A DNA stretch of 60,554 nt, counting the filler, from Squatina squatina (Eukaryota), in the NCBI GenBank assembly GCA_031763465.1. It is 4 parts of 4 records of this genome, joined end to end, with 100 filler letters (N's around TTAATTAATTAA, not from the genome) between each part and the next. Parts side by side here need not be neighbours in the genome. Positions count along the whole stretch, not along the records: positions 47,290 to 60,554 come from JARFOE010000235.1; 3 more parts are not named here. One strand, written 5' to 3'. The notes under the pieces are model-generated. The model saw nothing but the letters and a program-made list of their open reading frames with translations, did not search any database and was not told the DNA's origin. The position numbers and the translations under genes are program-made. Positions 47,246 to 60,323 of this stretch are shown here, piece after piece (positions within the stretch are counted from its first letter, which is position 1; the number at the start of each line of letters is the position of its first letter).

Positions 47246-48706
47246 NNNNNNNNNNNNNNNNNNNNNNNNNNNNNNNNNNNNNNNNNNNNGAGGACACACT
47301 GTGAGCTCTGCAGTGTGGTGAGGGGCCACCACTTCACCACCAGGGAGTGAGGTGCCATGGCAGCAGCGTGGCACAGAAGCGAGCTTCAAGTTAACGGCAC
47401 GGACCCCGAGAATTCCACAAGGCAAGTCCATGGCTGGTAAGTCGGCCATGGAAATAAAATGGCTCGATGCACCTCCCCTTTAATTTTCGCTGGCGCAGAC
47501 GTTGCCTGTGGTGGTCTCACAGGGCGCTACCGAAGTTCTGCTCCGGAGCGAAAACGAGTCTCTGTGCATGGCGATGATTTTGTCATCACCGGCGCAGCAG
47601 CCCGGGGCACGACTGGTAGGAGCGGGGCACTGCCGGTTTGCGCCTCCGCTAATTCCCACAGAATTTCGCGGGAGGCGGTAGCAGCACTGCACCCCGGGCG
47701 TGAAATTGTTTGAGCCCCGTTAGTGCCCCCGGGGGTGAATGCAACTTTTCCCCATTATAGTTCTCGCAATTGTAATTCTTGTATAAGCAAATGTCTCATT
47801 GTAGCAATCTGCGCTTGCAACTCACAGAGGGCTCATGCTCCATGGCAGCTGAAGGTCCGCTATGTCTTCATGAGCCATCTGATTACTATCGATTCTTCCT
47901 TGAAGAGAACAGGGAGGCCAGAATGCTTCGGGCAACAGCGTCATGGCAACTTCCAGCAAATCTGGCTTTCTCAAAGGCATCAAGGAGGTTTTATTGTTCA
48001 GGTAATCTTCAAACTTACTTCTTTTTATCCATTACTTTATGTTATATTGGATTGAAGTAAGACTGATGAGTATATCGCCAACATTATCTGTTTTATCACC
48101 GTTTTGACTAGTGGCCCCACATTAGCCTGTTTCAATAAGCTTGGACCTCTTCCGTGTTCAGTGACACCCTCATAATGATTGTCAACGCCTCAAAAATCTC
48201 TACTTTGGCACTTTGGGACTGGTTTACTTTAGTCCTTTTAGTCTGCCCAGGAATTCCATCGTGTTTACCCGCAGAGTCATTAATTGTGCTCAATTTATCA
48301 CTGTTTGGAGAGGACATTGTAATGTTTTGCAGGAAGTGCTTGCGAATATTTGCGATAATATCCTCTCTGCAGCTTCAAGCTCATTTCTATCTCTTATGGT
48401 TCCCAGCTCTCCTAATATCCCTGTTTCCTCTTCACGTGGTACTGTTGGGAAGGAAACAGGGGCAGGGATGATTACAAAGAACCCAGAGAGGGGAGAAACA
48501 TCGCTGAGTTGGGTCTATTTTGAACTATTTCCTCTCAAAATGTGTTATCTTATCCAATTCTTGTCCATATCCACCAGAAGTGGCTGTTTATTAAATATAA
48601 TGTTGCAAATCCCTGTTTTATCTACACGGGAAATGTGAATTCTGCAGCTGAGGAGAGAAAGCGGGAGGATTTTTATTCACTTTGTCCACGAACAGTTAAA
48701 TTCTCA

Positions 48707-50249
48707 AAGCATTCTGGGACGATTCTACTGGCAGCGATTATCGCCCTGAACTGGATACTGCTGGTGGGCTTGTCGAGACCGACAGTCTGTGGGAGCCCCG
48801 AGTTATATCGGGAGGCGGAAGACGTGCATCAGAAGAGCGAGGTGTTCGCAGACCTCGATTCTGAGGAACTGCTGAACATTGTGAAGTACCTGAAGCAGAA
48901 CCTTGGGGTGAACCTGGTGAACTGCAGTAAAGCGCTTCCATCCGACAACTTCATTCACCTCATCGAATTGCACGTCCCCCGTAAAAAGGAAGTTTTGATG
49001 TTTTTAGACCTTGACGAAGTTCAGCCAACGAGGGAAGCGAGAGTTGTGGTGATATTCGGGGCTCGAACTGACCCCAATATAACTGAATTCGCTGTGGGAC
49101 CTCTTCCTCGTCCAACCTACCACAAGGACATCACTTCTCACAAATACCAGAACCTCAACTTTAACTCCAGACCAGTGACAAAATCGGAATATGTAAAGAT
49201 CGTTTCTCGCATGGGACTGGAGAAAGCTTCTAGACTTCTTAGGGAAAGTTTTGGCTCTAGCGGGGAAGCTCCGATTCATCTCGACTCTTCGCCTCGCGGC
49301 TTCAAACCGGGCGACAGAGAAAGTTGGTTCCCCTTTCTTAGAAATATCAGTGGTTTATTTATGCATCCTTTGGGGTTTGAAGTACTGATAGATCACAGCA
49401 GCACAAATGTCTCGGAGTGGAGTGTGAAGAAAGTCCTTTACAATGGCCAGTACTTTGACAGTATTGATGAGTTGGTAGATCAGTATGATCAGGGGTTAGT
49501 GAAGAAAATAAAACTGCATCTAAACGAATCTGATTTCAACTATGCATCGCTGAATTCTCGGGAGAAGTATGAAACCGTCGCCCCTTTGCAATATGAGCCA
49601 CGAGGCCAACGATATCATGTTGTCAAGAATCATGTTCAGTATTTTGGTTGGGATTTTGCATTTCGACATAGCAGTGTGAATGGGTTACAGTTGTTTGATG
49701 TCAAATTCGAGGTGGAAAGGATCGCCTATGAATTAAGTATACAGGAGGTAAATTCTGTCTATGGAGGCGATACACCATCTTTATTGAGGACCAAGTTCTT
49801 AGACAGCCAGTATGGAATTGGGAAATGTACTAACGAGCTTGTGAGAGGCGTGGACTGTCCCTATACTGCGACATACATTGACACCTTGCACTGACTGGAC
49901 AGTGATGAGCCAGAGCTGAAAACCAATTCCATTTGTGTTTTTGAACAAAATCGGGAAATGCCCCTGAGACGCCATTATTCGGGCTGGTCTTCTCTCCCCC
50001 ATTATGGAGGGTTAGGCGACAGCGTGCTGGTCATAAGGTCGATATCAAGCATGGGCAACTATGATTATGTTTTTGATTTCATATTCCACAACAACGGGGT
50101 GATTGAGACCAAGGCACATCCGACAGGGTATGCGCTAACTTCACTTCTCTTTAAAGAAGGAATTAACTATGGAGCAAAGCTTGAAGAGAACGTTTTAGGG
50201 AATATTCACACTCATTTCTTACACTTCAAGGCTGACTTGGATGTTGTGG
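48707..50249 (+). CDS. AOC3: Copper amine oxidase (AOC3/VAP-1-like) large exon, with in-frame TGA at 49892-49894 and no visible ATG; possible pseudogene or consensus error
   Basis: N-terminal hydrophobic anchor, SEVFADL, NYDY TPQ motif and the HTH copper ligands in GNIHTHFLHFKADLDV, ending at G|GTAGGT. The two ORFs share one frame. Adjacent to G6PC, as in human. Confidence 0.8.
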
Positions 50250-50929
50250 GTAGGTCCCAAACGAATTTCAATAAGTTGTATCTATGGCTATGATGATGAA
50301 TTTTTTAATAATGTTAGTGAATGTTTAAAAGTCTGGGTGGCTTCCTCGTCTTAGGGCAATTAAGTTATTGGATATACATGGTTTACCTAGAAGTGCAATG
50401 CATATCTTTCTCAATGATGGAAGGTCTTGTATCTGTGGTGAGGAAATAGGCTATTGCATGGGGACCTTTCTGGCATGTCACTAGGCTTCCAAGAATACTG
50501 AAAGGCTGAAATTACTTAGCCGTTAAAAAAAGTCACTGTCCATGAAGTTACTTTCATTCCATTCATTAAAGAACAGTCAATGAGCAACTGGAAACTTCGC
50601 AAACGTCACAAGAGCAGCCAATCAATTCACTGATATTTTCTGCAAATACCCATGATCAGCCATGTTGTTAGCCCACCCACTCCACTATACTGCCTGAGAA
50701 CAGTGGTTTTATTAAATATCAATTATTAAACATTTCTGAAAGAAATCACTAAATGTAGATGTAAAATTATTCATTTCATATTAGAAATACCTCAAATGAT
50801 CTCCACAAGTGATGCCTGCCAATTTCCCAGTGACCTTGTGTTTGTGAACTTGGATAGTTAAACATTCTTCCAGCTTCTACTCATGAGCAATCTCAGTGAG
50901 TCCGGGGAGTTTTAGCTGATGTACTATAC

Positions 50930-51810
50930 AGAGTATTTTTTTATTTGTCCATGAGATGTGGGCACTGCTGGCAAGGCCAACATTTCTTGACCATCCCTAA
51001 TTGCTCTTGAGAAGGTGATGATGAGCCGCCTTCTGGAACCACTGCAGTCTGTGTGGTGAAGGTGCTCCCACAGTGCTGTTAGGGAGGGGATTCCAGGATT
51101 TTGACCCATCGGTGATGAAGAAATGGTGATATATTTCCAAGTCAGGATGGTGTGTGACTTGGAGGTGGTGGTGTTCCCATGTGCCTGCTGCTCTTATCCT
51201 TCTAATTGGTAGCGATTGTGGGTTTAGGAGGTGCTGTCGAAGTTGTTGCAGTCCATATTGTAGATGCTACACACTGCAGCAACGGTGCGCCGGTGGTGGA
51301 GGGCTGGAATGTTTAAGGTGGTGGATGGGGTGCTAATCAAGCGGGCTGTTTTGTCGTAGATGGTGTTGTGCTGTTTGAGTGTGGCTGGAGCTACACCCAT
51401 CCTGGCAATTGGAGAATATTGCATCACACTCATGACTTGTGACTTGTAGATGGTGGAACAGCTTCAGGGGGTCAGGAGATGTGTTATTCACTGCAGAATA
51501 CGCAGCTTCTAACATGCTCTTGTGGCCACAGTATTTATGTGGCTGGCCCCGTTAAGTTTCTGGTCAATGGTGACCTCCCGGAATGTTGATGGTGGGGGAT
51601 TTAACGATGGTAATGCCACTGAATGTCAAGAGGAGGTGGTTAGCTTCTCTTTTGTTGAGATAGTCATTGCCTGGCAGTTGTGTGGTGCAAATGTTGCTTG
51701 CCACTTATCAGCCCAAGCCTGAATGTGTTCCAGGCCTTGCTGCATGCGGGCATGGACCGCTTCATTATCTGAGGAGTTGTGAATGGAACTGAACACTGTG
51801 CAGTCATCAG
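50930..51810 (-). mobile_element. CR1-clade LINE, RT C-terminal part and 3' end
   Basis: DDCTVFSSIH...MQQGLEHIQAWADKWQATFAPHNCQAMTIS and LHHRRTVAAVCSIYNM, with frameshifts. Confidence 0.8.
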
Positions 51811-52157
51811 NNNNNNNNNNNNNNNNNNNNNNNNNNNNNNNNNNNNNNNNNNNNNNNNNNNNNNNNNNNNNNNNNNNNNNNNNNNNNNNNNNNNNNNNNN
51901 NNNNNNNNNNCTTATATGCTAAATCTCTATAGTCAAGGAGACAATAGTTTAACAATAGTTGTGCTTTGTATAGATAAGCTTGGAAATTTTGATCTGAGAT
52001 GTTCTCATATGAGCATACTAGTACAGCATTCATCTCTGTGCTAATTTAACAGAGGTGTTCACCAGTATTAAATAAACAGAGTGGAATTTTTTTTATAAGA
52101 ACAGCACAGATCGGATTTTCGACCAATATTGTAGGATTTCCGAGTGTTTCCACTGAC

Positions 52158-52273
52158 CTGAAATGACGCCCAGGAAGACTTGATGCGGGAAGTGAGTGGC
52201 CACAAACACTCTGGATGCACAGACACAGACCTGAATCACCCAGAAGACTCCCCATAGAAATGCACGCAGGCAC
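52158..52273 (-). CDS. G6PC1: Glucose-6-phosphatase exon 4-like (catalytic His motif)
   Basis: CLRAFLWGVFWVIQVCVCASRVFVATHFPHQVFLGVISG. AG/GT boundaries, 116 bp. Confidence 0.85.
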
Positions 52274-53059
52274 CTGAAATAGCGAGGGCACTGATTACAG
52301 CAAATGACAACATAACACGATAATTCAGATTTAACTACACATGCACAGTGTCTAAACAACACATACCACTAACATTAAAAAAATGTTCTCGTTAAATAAC
52401 AATCTTTAACCAGTACTCTGTTTTACTGTCTAATCACAATGTTATTAAATGCTCCAGTGTACATTATTGTACAGGCACAGGGGGAAATTGGGCAGCCAGT
52501 TTTGTCAATTCAACAACTTAAATTTTNNNNNNNNNNNNNNNNNNNNNNNNNNNNNNNNNNNNNNNNNNNNNNNNNNNNNNNNNNNNNNNNNNNNNNNNNN
52601 NNNNNNNNNNNNNNNNNNNNNNNNNNAGACAAGCTCAAAAGAATTCTAATTTGATCATACCCATGGTTGAGATGAGTGTTTCGGCTGCACTATAATAGAG
52701 TTGGAAACTCCTTCCCTCTGCTCCCCTAAGAAATGCGGCGTCACCATAACGTACTTCAGCTGAACTCTTGGCAAGAGCTCAGAAATCTCAACTGGGGATT
52801 CCAGTCTCTGGTTAGGTTCCAACCTGAATCTCCTGAATGGGATTTCCACTGTCCTACCTTCCAGAGCTATTGGCCACCTCGTGCCATAAGCCTTTTAACT
52901 CTTCCTGAGCCAGAGGTTCAAAATTCCCATATTTATCTGTAAGTAAAGTTTTCTATTAGAAGGGTTAAATACAACTAGTAAAGAACACAGACATTTACAC
53001 ACTATATATATGGGATATTGCTCACATATTAACCTTTTTTCCTCCTCTTTCTTTTACAG

Positions 53060-53169
53060 GTTCTTATTTGGGCAGAGACCTTACTGGTGGGTCCATGAGA
53101 CTCAATTTTATGCTAATTCCTCTCTTCCCTTATTGCAGCAGTTTCCCATCACCTGTGAAACAGGACCAG
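53060..53169 (+). CDS. G6PC1: Glucose-6-phosphatase exon 2-like
   Basis: [41 protein letters not shown] boundaries, 110 bp. Confidence 0.88.
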
Positions 53170-53539
53170 GTACTGGCAATTCATTTTATTAAAGAGGCAA
53201 AGACAAAAATTGTAGTTTTAAATCTTGATTATTTTTACATTTGACTTCCTTTCACTGTCAAAGTTTCATGTCCAATACTACCTGATATTCTGCAATCAAA
53301 GCGAATCATACATCTTAGATCAATATTAACACTAAAAAAAATTCTTATTAGTCTTTGTGTTAAATAATGCCACTCTTAATGCTTTTAATCCGTTAGCTAC
53401 CTGAATTAAAATGGTAATCCCGGAAAGATTCCCATGTTGGATAGGCAAGGATCTTTCACAGAATGTAATTAATGTGCATTCTAGATAAAACTCCAGGGCC
53501 TTTAACAGTAAGCAGGTCAAATAAAATCCAAACTGCAGT

Positions 53540-54396
53540 GTATTCTCCAGAGTTTAGATGAATGTGAAGTAATCTCATTAAAACATACAACATTTTTACA
53601 AGGCTTTACAGGGTAGAGGCAGAGAAGATGTTTCCTCTGGCTGGGGAGTCTAGAACCAGGGGACAGTCTCAGAATAAGGGGTNNNNNNNNNNNNNNNNNN
53701 NNNNNNNNNNNNNNNNNNNNNNNNNNNNNNNNNNNNNNNNNNNNNNNNNNNNNNNNNNNNNNNNNNNNNNNNNNNNNNNNNNNNNNNNNNNNNNNNNNNN
53801 NNNNNNNNNNNNNNNNNNNNNNNNNNNNNNNNNNNNNNNNNNNNNNNNNNNNNNNNNNNNNNNNNNNNNNNNNNNNNNNNNNNNNNNNNNNNNNNNNNNN
53901 NNNNNNNNNNNNNNNNNNNNNNNNNNNNNNNNNNNNNNNNNNNNNNNNNNNNNNNNNNNNNNNNNNNNNNNNNNNNNNNNNNNNNNNNNNNNNNNNNNNN
54001 NNNNNNNNNNNNNNNNNNNNNNNNNNNNNNNNNNNNNNNNNNNNNNNNNNNNNNNNNNNNNNNNNNNNNNNNNNNNNNNNNNNNNNNNNNNNNNNNNNNN
54101 NNNNNNNNNNNNNNNNNNNNNNNNNNNNNNNNNNNNNNNNNNNNNNNNNNNNNNNNNNNNNNNNNNNNNNNNNNNNNNNNNNNNNNNNNNNNNNNNNNNN
54201 NNNNNNNNNNNNNNNNNNNNNNNNNNNNNNNNNNNNNNNNNNNNNNNNNNNNNNNNNNNNTGGATATTGAGGGAATCAAGGGATATGGGGATAGTGCAGG
54301 AAAGTGGAGTTGAGGTTGAAGATCAGCCATGATCTCATTGAATGATGGAGCAGGCTCGAGGGGCCGAATGGCCGACTCCTGCTCCTATTTCTTATG
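53540..54396 (+). mobile_element. CR1 LINE 3' portion spanning a gap (in G6PC intron)
   Basis: MFPLAGESRTRG motif before the gap and the canonical 3' tail GGGCCGAATGGCCGACTCCTGCTCCTATTTCTTATG after it. Confidence 0.7.
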
Positions 54397-54727
54397 CCCA
54401 AAAAGCCTCTCAAATGTTATTAGCATTAGGTAAAAGTTAATAAATGAGTTTCACAATATAACATTCTAAAAGCAGTGCAATTATTAGCGCCCAAAATTCT
54501 TGTTTTCTTCTATTAGGTGCTGGGCCTTTTAGGGTTCACCTTCTAATGTGAATTTTTCACTTACAGTTTCATATATATAGTTTTCCAATATAATTCATGT
54601 GTGGATCATGCTGAAATTTGTTGTGGTTTATTATTTAAATTGATAAAGTCTTTTAAAGCATAACTTGAATGTTTAGCAACAGAAAATGTAATTTTATAAT
54701 TGAGTCTTTGTGTGATGTGTTTGACAG

Positions 54728-54833
54728 GAAGTCCCTCTGGTCACGCAATGGGTTCAGCTGGTGTCTGGTATGTGATGGTCACAGCATTCGTGACCATTGG
54801 CTTACAAAAAAAGCAACCCTGCTTCCAAAAATG
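54728..54833 (+). CDS. G6PC1: Glucose-6-phosphatase exon 3-like
   Basis: (G)SPSGHAMGSAGVWYVMVTAFVTIGLQKKQPCFQK, containing the PSGH phosphatase motif. AG/GT boundaries, 106 bp. Confidence 0.88.
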
Positions 54834-56073
54834 GTAAGGCTTGAAAATATTATATGTACATACAAATATATGTGTAGCTATGTACAGTACTACATAGGAT
54901 CACATAGGATATACAGTCCAGAAACAGGCCATTCGGCCCAACCAGTCCTCCACTGGTTTATGCTCCATTTATGCTCCACTCGAGCCTCCTCCTGTCTNNN
55001 NNNNNNNNNNNNNNNNNNNNNNNNNNNNNNNNNNNNNNNNNNNNNNNNNNNNNNNNNNNNNNNNNNNNNNNNNNNNNNNNNNNNNNNNNNNNNNNNNTTC
55101 TAACTTTTTCCAATTCTGACGAAGGGTCAGCGACCTGAAACGTTAACTCTGTTTCTCTCTCTCTCCACAGATGCTGCCTGACCTGCTGAGTTTTTCCAGC
55201 ATTTTCTGTTTGTATATCTGTATTGCACCTCCGCTTTCACTACTTGTACGATAAAGTGTGTCGGATGACATTTTTTGGTTTGCATTAACAATCTTTCCCC
55301 ACCTCCCCTCAGTTTCATTCCCTTTCTCACAGTTGCTAACCTGGTTGGATGAGGCAGGAACTGCACCCTCTCCCCAGGAGTTGGGGGTACCTACAGGAAT
55401 GGAATGTCAATTTCTATCTTCCAACCCTTAAAAAAGGAGAATTGAAACTCTCTGCTAAGTAACTCAGCAGGGAACTGAAAACCTCATTCACATTTCTCAT
55501 CAATAACTGCCAACTTTGCGTGAAATTAAGACCCAGGCCATAAGCAGAAAGCAACTTTTTTTTTGAACAGTAACACCTTAGAATTACCCCATTTCTACCA
55601 ACTATTAAAAACAAATTTAGGCCTTCTCTATTGTTCCCTTGGCTGTCACTAATCCCTTCACCTGGGAGGATGAACCAGCTAAAAACACCACACCCGTGAC
55701 ATTAGCATTATTGCATACTTAGCCAAAAGTATGTTGCGGGGGAAAAAAATGATTAAGTCAGAGTTCGGTTCTATGAAGGGAGATAATACTATTACCAAAT
55801 GTCCCTCCTCCAAACCAGGGAGGATCAGATAGATCCTAATTATATGAGTATTAATTTTGAGCATTAAGACCGCCCAGTGCTGAAATCTAAATGCCCATAG
55901 CCACTGTACTGACAGTTACAGAATGTTCACTCTTTTATGAGACCGTAATGATGAGAGACTCAAAGTATCATTTCGTACACGATCAAACACTTCCAAAATA
56001 TAAGGTGCAATCAAGTAGCCATTTCGCAAGTTGCCTCAACCACAGTTACAGAAACCAGCCAATATAATCTTAC

Positions 56074-56168
56074 TTTGATCCTACTGCTTCAACAGCATCC
56101 ACTTGACCTGCTAACAGGAATAATCCTGCTCCTTTCTCATCACCAACTGTTAGAAACAGAAGCACTAC
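56074..56168 (-). CDS. AARSD1: Alanyl-tRNA editing protein AARSD1, late exon
   Basis: VVLLFLTVGDEKGAGLFLLAGQVDAVEAVGS. AG/GT boundaries. Confidence 0.88.
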
Positions 56169-56997
56169 CTGAGGAAGAAACACAATAAACATCAGTTGAT
56201 CTTTACAGTGTTTAACATTTTTTGTGCTTACCAAGGCGATATGCATCAGTACTGGGGAATGAAACTGATCTCCCTTTGCATGTGGCATCAGTGCCAAATA
56301 GTCTGAGGTCAGACAGGTTTAGCACAGAAGGGATTTGGTGAAAAGGTTCCGCAGGTTTGATCCAACAATGCTTTTCGACCTCAACTACACAACAGTTGCA
56401 CTCGTATGACATTTTTCTACTTTCCAATCCAGCTATGCTGTGGCCTTACTGAATGGGTTTGCCAATTTAGTAACAAATATTGGCAAATGATGGCTAGTTT
56501 TGTGCTGTGGACTTGTGAAAATAACAAATGAATTCAAACTGCCAAACTCATTTCACTCCTGGTCCTTACTGCCATTAGAAGAGAGGTGCAATGAACTAGC
56601 GCAGCATCTCACAAAAAACTGGAGGCCGCCAGCTCACACGGACCGGGCGACCGACTCCATAGTAACAATGGAGTGACAACAGCCAGCTCACTGACACATT
56701 CGGTTAGCGAGTGAATGATTCACGGAGGGGTATTAGAAATTGCAGAGGATTTGAACAGGCAGAAAGACAACAAGATAAAAAAAGGGGCAAAAGCGAAACA
56801 AAAAGGTTGAGAGCCAGCAATATGGTGCGGCAATATGAAAATGAAAGATGAGAATGGTAAACATTAGTGGGAGTAAGAGAGGTAATAAATAAAGATGTCA
56901 AACTAATAAAATCATTAAGAATCTGTAGAATAAACAGAAATGGATTTCATAATCTCCGTTTTACACCGCCTTAGTAAATAAAGGTGCTCCACCTTAC

Positions 56998-57052
56998 CTC
57001 AGCACTAACTTCATTTGCTATAATGTTCATAAATTCATTGTCCCCATCTTTT
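56998..57052 (-). CDS. AARSD1: AARSD1 exon
   Basis: (R)KDGDNEFMNIIANEVSAE. In phase with the next exon at 56074-56168. Confidence 0.88.
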
Positions 57053-57735
57053 CTGAAAGAAAATGAATAGAAATATGTATGACATTAAAAGGTCAATTCA
57101 TAGTATATAATACAGTTCCCGTGCAAACAATGGCAGTATTAGAATATGAACAGCTGTCCACACTGCACATATTGTAGTACTCCCGTTGTGCTTTATTAAA
57201 CTTTCTTTTTGTGAGAATTTTTGTGCTCACAAAAGGTGAGGGATGTTAATGCTGGGAAAAAGACACTACATCAGGCACCAGTATCAGCTGCAAACACTCC
57301 AGGTCAGGTGCAGCACAGTTAAAGTACTGTTAGAGCACTACATTACATTACATTATAACAGTGACTACGCCTGAAAAAGTACTTCATTGGCTGGAAAATG
57401 CTTTGGGATGTCCTGAGGTCGTAAAAGGCGCTATAGAAATGCAAGTCTTTCCTTCTTAAATGTAAATACAGGTCTTNNNNNNNNNNNNNNNNNNNNNNNN
57501 NNNNNNNNNNNNNNNNNNNNNNNNNNNNNNNNNNNNNNNNNNNNNNNNNNNNNNNNNNNNNNNNNNNNNNNNNNNNGGGGGTGAGGAGCGGTGTCCGAAG
57601 TCTATATATTGTGACTCACAAAGCTTAGCATTGTGTGGTACAGGCTGTATGGACCAGCAGCTCCTTTCCTATGCATCACTGCAAAGTCAAATCACCTTAA
57701 ACCATCCAGCACTTTGAGAAACAAACCACTCTGAC

Positions 57736-57864
57736 CTGTCCACCTCCCTCTGGAAACAGTAAGGTGTCCTCAAGGATCACGTTAAAACCTTTCAGAGCTT
57801 CCTTTTTCCCGTTAACAACGGTTTTCAACTCTGCTGGAGTACATGATACCACCGAGGTCTCAAA
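57736..57864 (-). CDS. AARSD1: AARSD1 exon 2-like
   Basis: FETSVVSCTPAELKTVVNGKKEALKGFNVILEDTLLFPEGGGQ, containing the FPEGGGQ motif. 129 bp. Confidence 0.9.
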
Positions 57865-58933
57865 CTGGAATGAAAAGCATTGTGCAAATAAAACACAAAA
57901 ACATCAAAAAGAGAGAAATAACAGTAAGACTGTATCAGAATAAAACAACACACACCTTAAGGGTTGCCAATGAAATAAAAAGGAAAAATTTTCACCTGTG
58001 AAAAATCTGAAATAAATATGGAAAATTCTAGAAATGCACCACAGGCTATTCAGCATCTGTAAAAAGACAGGTTATGATATTTCGGGTGCGTACAATTCAT
58101 CAGACTATTGGCAAAGAGATAAACAGGCATTTTAGTAAGTTTGGGCAAATGGAGAGGAAGTAACAGGGGGAAGAGAACCACCAGTTGCACCAATTGCAGA
58201 GAGGGAGTGAATGTGGTAAAGAGTCTACAAACTGATATAAAATATCATCAGTGATCATGCAGAGATAGAAGGNNNNNNNNNNNNNNNNNNNNNNNNNNNN
58301 NNNNNNNNNNNNNNNNNNNNNNNNNNNNNNNNNNNNNNNNNNNNNNNNNNNNNNNNNNNNNNNNNNNNNNNNCATCTACAATCTTTGGAAATTTAGGATG
58401 ATCTAGCCAGTGTCCCCATGCCAGACTTCTTTCTCACCTGTATAGATGGCTTGGTGAAAAGCGATTAGTTCAAATTTCTCTCTGTGAGTAGCACCTCACA
58501 ATGATATGATTGAAATTGAGAATTCACAGAGCGGAGAATAAAAGTCTTCCTACTCCATGACACAGAACATTGGAACTCCAGAACCCTATGCCATCTGGCT
58601 GCAGTTAAAATATTTAGTGTTAATCAGCATTCACATTCAAGCTTTGTTATTAGGTAGAGTTTCAGGAAATATCTGTGGGTTAAGGTAATTAGTTGGCCTG
58701 CCAGGAAATCTGAAGAACAGCTCTAATAGGGTTTGTGAATCCTTCCACCCACCTCTCCCAGTGACAGCAGGCACACCAGGGCAGGGAGTAGGACATTTGA
58801 TGCCAACGTAATATATCATGTTATCTGTTCACCAATGCACTGTGTGGGAGTTCAAATTAGCATGTAAATATACATGTACTAGTGGTCAATAACTACAAAA
58901 TAAATGAGTCACAGTAAACACAATGGTTTCTTA

Positions 58934-59092
<159 letters not shown>

Positions 59093-59589
59093 CTAATTCA
59101 TTAAACCATTAGCTTTTAAAAGTAGAACAATAAAGAGGTAGGTGTTGATTTTAAAGTTTGGCACTTTGGATGGTCACTTAATAACTAAGTTGGGAGTGAA
59201 ATGAAATGAGAAGCAGGCATTGATCCCTTTATTTTATATGTGAATTAACCCTTTGTATGCGAACTTTGACAATCTGACTTTTTAACCCCACAAAGCCATG
59301 AGTACCAATGGGCAGAGCATGCATCACCTANNNNNNNNNNNNNNNNNNNNNNNNNNNNNNNNNNNNNNNNNNNNNNNNNNNNNNNNNNNNNNNNNNNNNN
59401 NNNNNNNNNNNNNNNNNNNNNNNNNNNNNNGGTCTATAATTCCCCATTTTCTCTCTCCCTCCCTCGAAAATATAATGATGGTAAATAATTTATCGTAAGT
59501 GCAGTGTACTATTTCCTTCTTTCTTCTCCTGAAGGCTCTGAGGCATGCTAGGATACGGTTCCACAGGCATTGACTACTCTTTGGTTCTT

Positions 59590-59800
59590 CACCCAAGTGA
59601 CCACACTTCATTAAGGAGTCTAGATGGTCAAGTGCCAGCTGTCTACTAGACGACTGGCAGGAGAGCACCTCACAACTGGCTCATCTGATGTCTACGCAAA
59701 TATACTTTCCAGCTGGAGTCAGAGGATAGTGATCAGGAGCAGGAATCTCAGCCACATTCCTTTCCCCACCCCCACTCCCTCAGTGCAGTAGGGCAGTGAG
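59590..59800 (-). mobile_element. Old SINE (AmnSINE2-like), degenerate
   Basis: Contains ACTTTCCAGCTGGAGTCAGAGGATAGTGATCAGGAGCAGGAATC, the reverse complement of the family core. Confidence 0.5.
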
Positions 59801-60236
59801 AATATTTGTATTATCTCGAAACGATTTCTTTGATGTAAAAATTCAATTTCAAAAGACCATTTTACCTTACTCATTAGGCAAATGACAAAGCTCTGTTGTG
59901 TTGTTTAGAAACGCATGCCTATAAAGTTTATTTTGGAAATGAAGTCAAAAGAGTTCCACTCGTGCTAAAATATCCTCATTATTATTTCCATCATAATTTG
60001 GGCCTTAATAGTGCAGTATAATACTCTGAACTAGCACATATCATCATACTTATTTTTTGATAAATTTATGTAAACAGTCCACAATGAATATTTTTCAGCC
60101 AATTATGCCACAAATGCACATTTCATGTAGCAAAGAACAGATTTTCTTTAAATAAAAAGCTTCCTGTTTCTTTTGCAGTTCAGACTTGCACCCCGAGAAG
60201 CTGTGGAATTTCTTGGTCAGACACTTCAAAAGGCTG

Positions 60237-60323
60237 TTATGATGTTTTCGCATGGGCATTTTGTTCGGATTGATCCTCATCCTCTGAGCTGCTGTCTACG
60301 TCACTTCGATCATCTTTAGACAC
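60237..60323 (-). CDS. Ceramide synthase 5/6-like last coding exon
   Basis: Polypyrimidine tract and CAG, then VSKDDRSDVDSSSEDEDQSEQNAHAKTS*. CERS5/6 have VSKDDRSD(V/I)ESSS(E/D)EED. Confidence 0.78.
   Translation of the reverse strand: MSKDDRSDVDSSSEDEDQSEQNAHAKTS

Noticed and set aside
47780-48500. Several 60-140 aa ORFs upstream of the AOC exon, including an AG/GT-bounded stretch at about 47828-48001
   Set aside because: No recognisable homology and no consistent frame, so a call cannot be supported.
49892-49894. Selenocysteine recoding of the AOC TGA
   Set aside because: The aligned position in AOC1/AOC3 is hydrophobic or aromatic rather than Cys, and no 3' UTR or SECIS is visible.
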